From the NCBI GenBank assembly GCA_035477775.1, contig DATIKH010000026.1, forward strand, positions 5,029 through 69,028: a DNA stretch of 64,000 bases, written 5' to 3'. Under the pieces are notes generated by a model. That model saw only the letters and a list, made by a program, of their open reading frames with translations, was not told the origin of the DNA and ran no database searches. The DNA is from Bacteroidales bacterium (GTDB lineage: Bacteria; Bacteroidota; Bacteroidia; Bacteroidales; UBA7960). Both the position numbers and the translations under genes were made by a program. Of this stretch, positions 63,581 to 64,000 are shown in pieces. Each line of letters starts with the position of its first letter. Position 1 is the stretch's first letter.

Positions 63581-64000
63581 TTAAAGCTTGTTTCCGAATG
63601 CCAGGTCGCCAGCATCTCCGAGTCCTGGTACAATGTATGCCTTTGCTGTGAGTTCGTCATCTACTTCGCCCAACCAAAGCGAGTAACTATCGGATGGCAG
63701 GTTTTTTTTCATGTATTCTATACCCTGAACGCTGGCAAGCACTGAAACAAAATGTGTATGCGTGGGTTTTCCGCGCTGGAGTAATTCTTTGTAAGCCAGC
63801 ACCATGGATGCACCCGTTGCCAGCATGGGGTCGCTGATTATGAGGAACTTACCATCAAGGCTTGGGCAGGAAGTATATTCTATCTGGATAAAAAAACGAC
63901 CGTTTTTGTGATGTTTGCGGTAAGCTGAAACAAACGCATTTTCGGCCTGATCGAAAAAATTCAGGATGCCCTGGTGCATGGGTAAGCCAGCCCTGAGAAT
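63581..64000 (-). CDS. upp: Uracil phosphoribosyltransferase, 5' end beyond the window
   Basis: ILRAGLPM.. is open to nt 64000. PRPP motif LIISDPMLATGAS and C-terminal YIVPGLGDAGDLAFGNK. Confidence 0.9.
   Translation of the reverse strand: MLRAGLPMHQGILNFFDQAENAFVSAYRKHHKNGRFFIQIEYTSCPSLDGKFLIISDPMLATGASMVLAYKELLQRGKPTHTHFVSVLASVQGIEYMKKNLPSDSYSLWLGEVDDELTAKAYIVPGLGDAGDLAFGNKL

Overview
This 64-kb window looks like a chromosomal segment from a Bacteroidota genome. Supporting signs are a T9SS C-terminal sorting tail, adjacent gldD/gldE, GLPGLI-family paralogs, CarboxypepD_reg outer-membrane proteins and TAnnTTTG -7 boxes in front of many genes. I call about 55 protein genes and saw no rRNA, tRNA or CRISPR array by eye. 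Most of the window is housekeeping: ackA-pta, hemD-like, rnpA-yidD, an S41 protease, an OmpR/HK pair, pyk, queD, a C69 dipeptidase, two M24B aminopeptidases, sdhCAB/frd, tadA, aspS, an ABC-F ATPase, a MacB-like permease and upp. There is also a divergent carotenoid cluster (crtB-crtI / crtD-cruF-acyltransferase-GT2).

Two regions stand out.
1. At 49.8-56.7 kb there is an accessory-looking stretch. It starts with a decayed toxin-antitoxin remnant. It then carries a three-fold iterated two-gene cassette: a small Sec-signal 4-Cys peptide gene followed by a GLPGLI-family gene. The third peptide copy is below the ORF-track cutoff and truncated. An 877-aa plug-plus-barrel outer-membrane protein follows the array. 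I regard this as the best candidate for an undescribed system.
2. At 13.7-18.7 kb there is a tight operon: kbl, acpS, an AcsA-like ligase, a stand-alone ACP and a diverged second alpha-oxoamine synthase. This suggests ACP-dependent aminoketone or long-chain-base chemistry.

Other observations:
- a 112-nt structured MITE-like repeat present twice
- paired 30-nt palindromes
- two arginine-rich secreted low-complexity proteins flanking the two-component operon
- a heptamer microsatellite around a hairpin upstream of the ABC-F gene
- an enlarged RnpA
- an AT-rich islet with orphan small ORFs

All family assignments come from motif recognition by eye. No database search was run.
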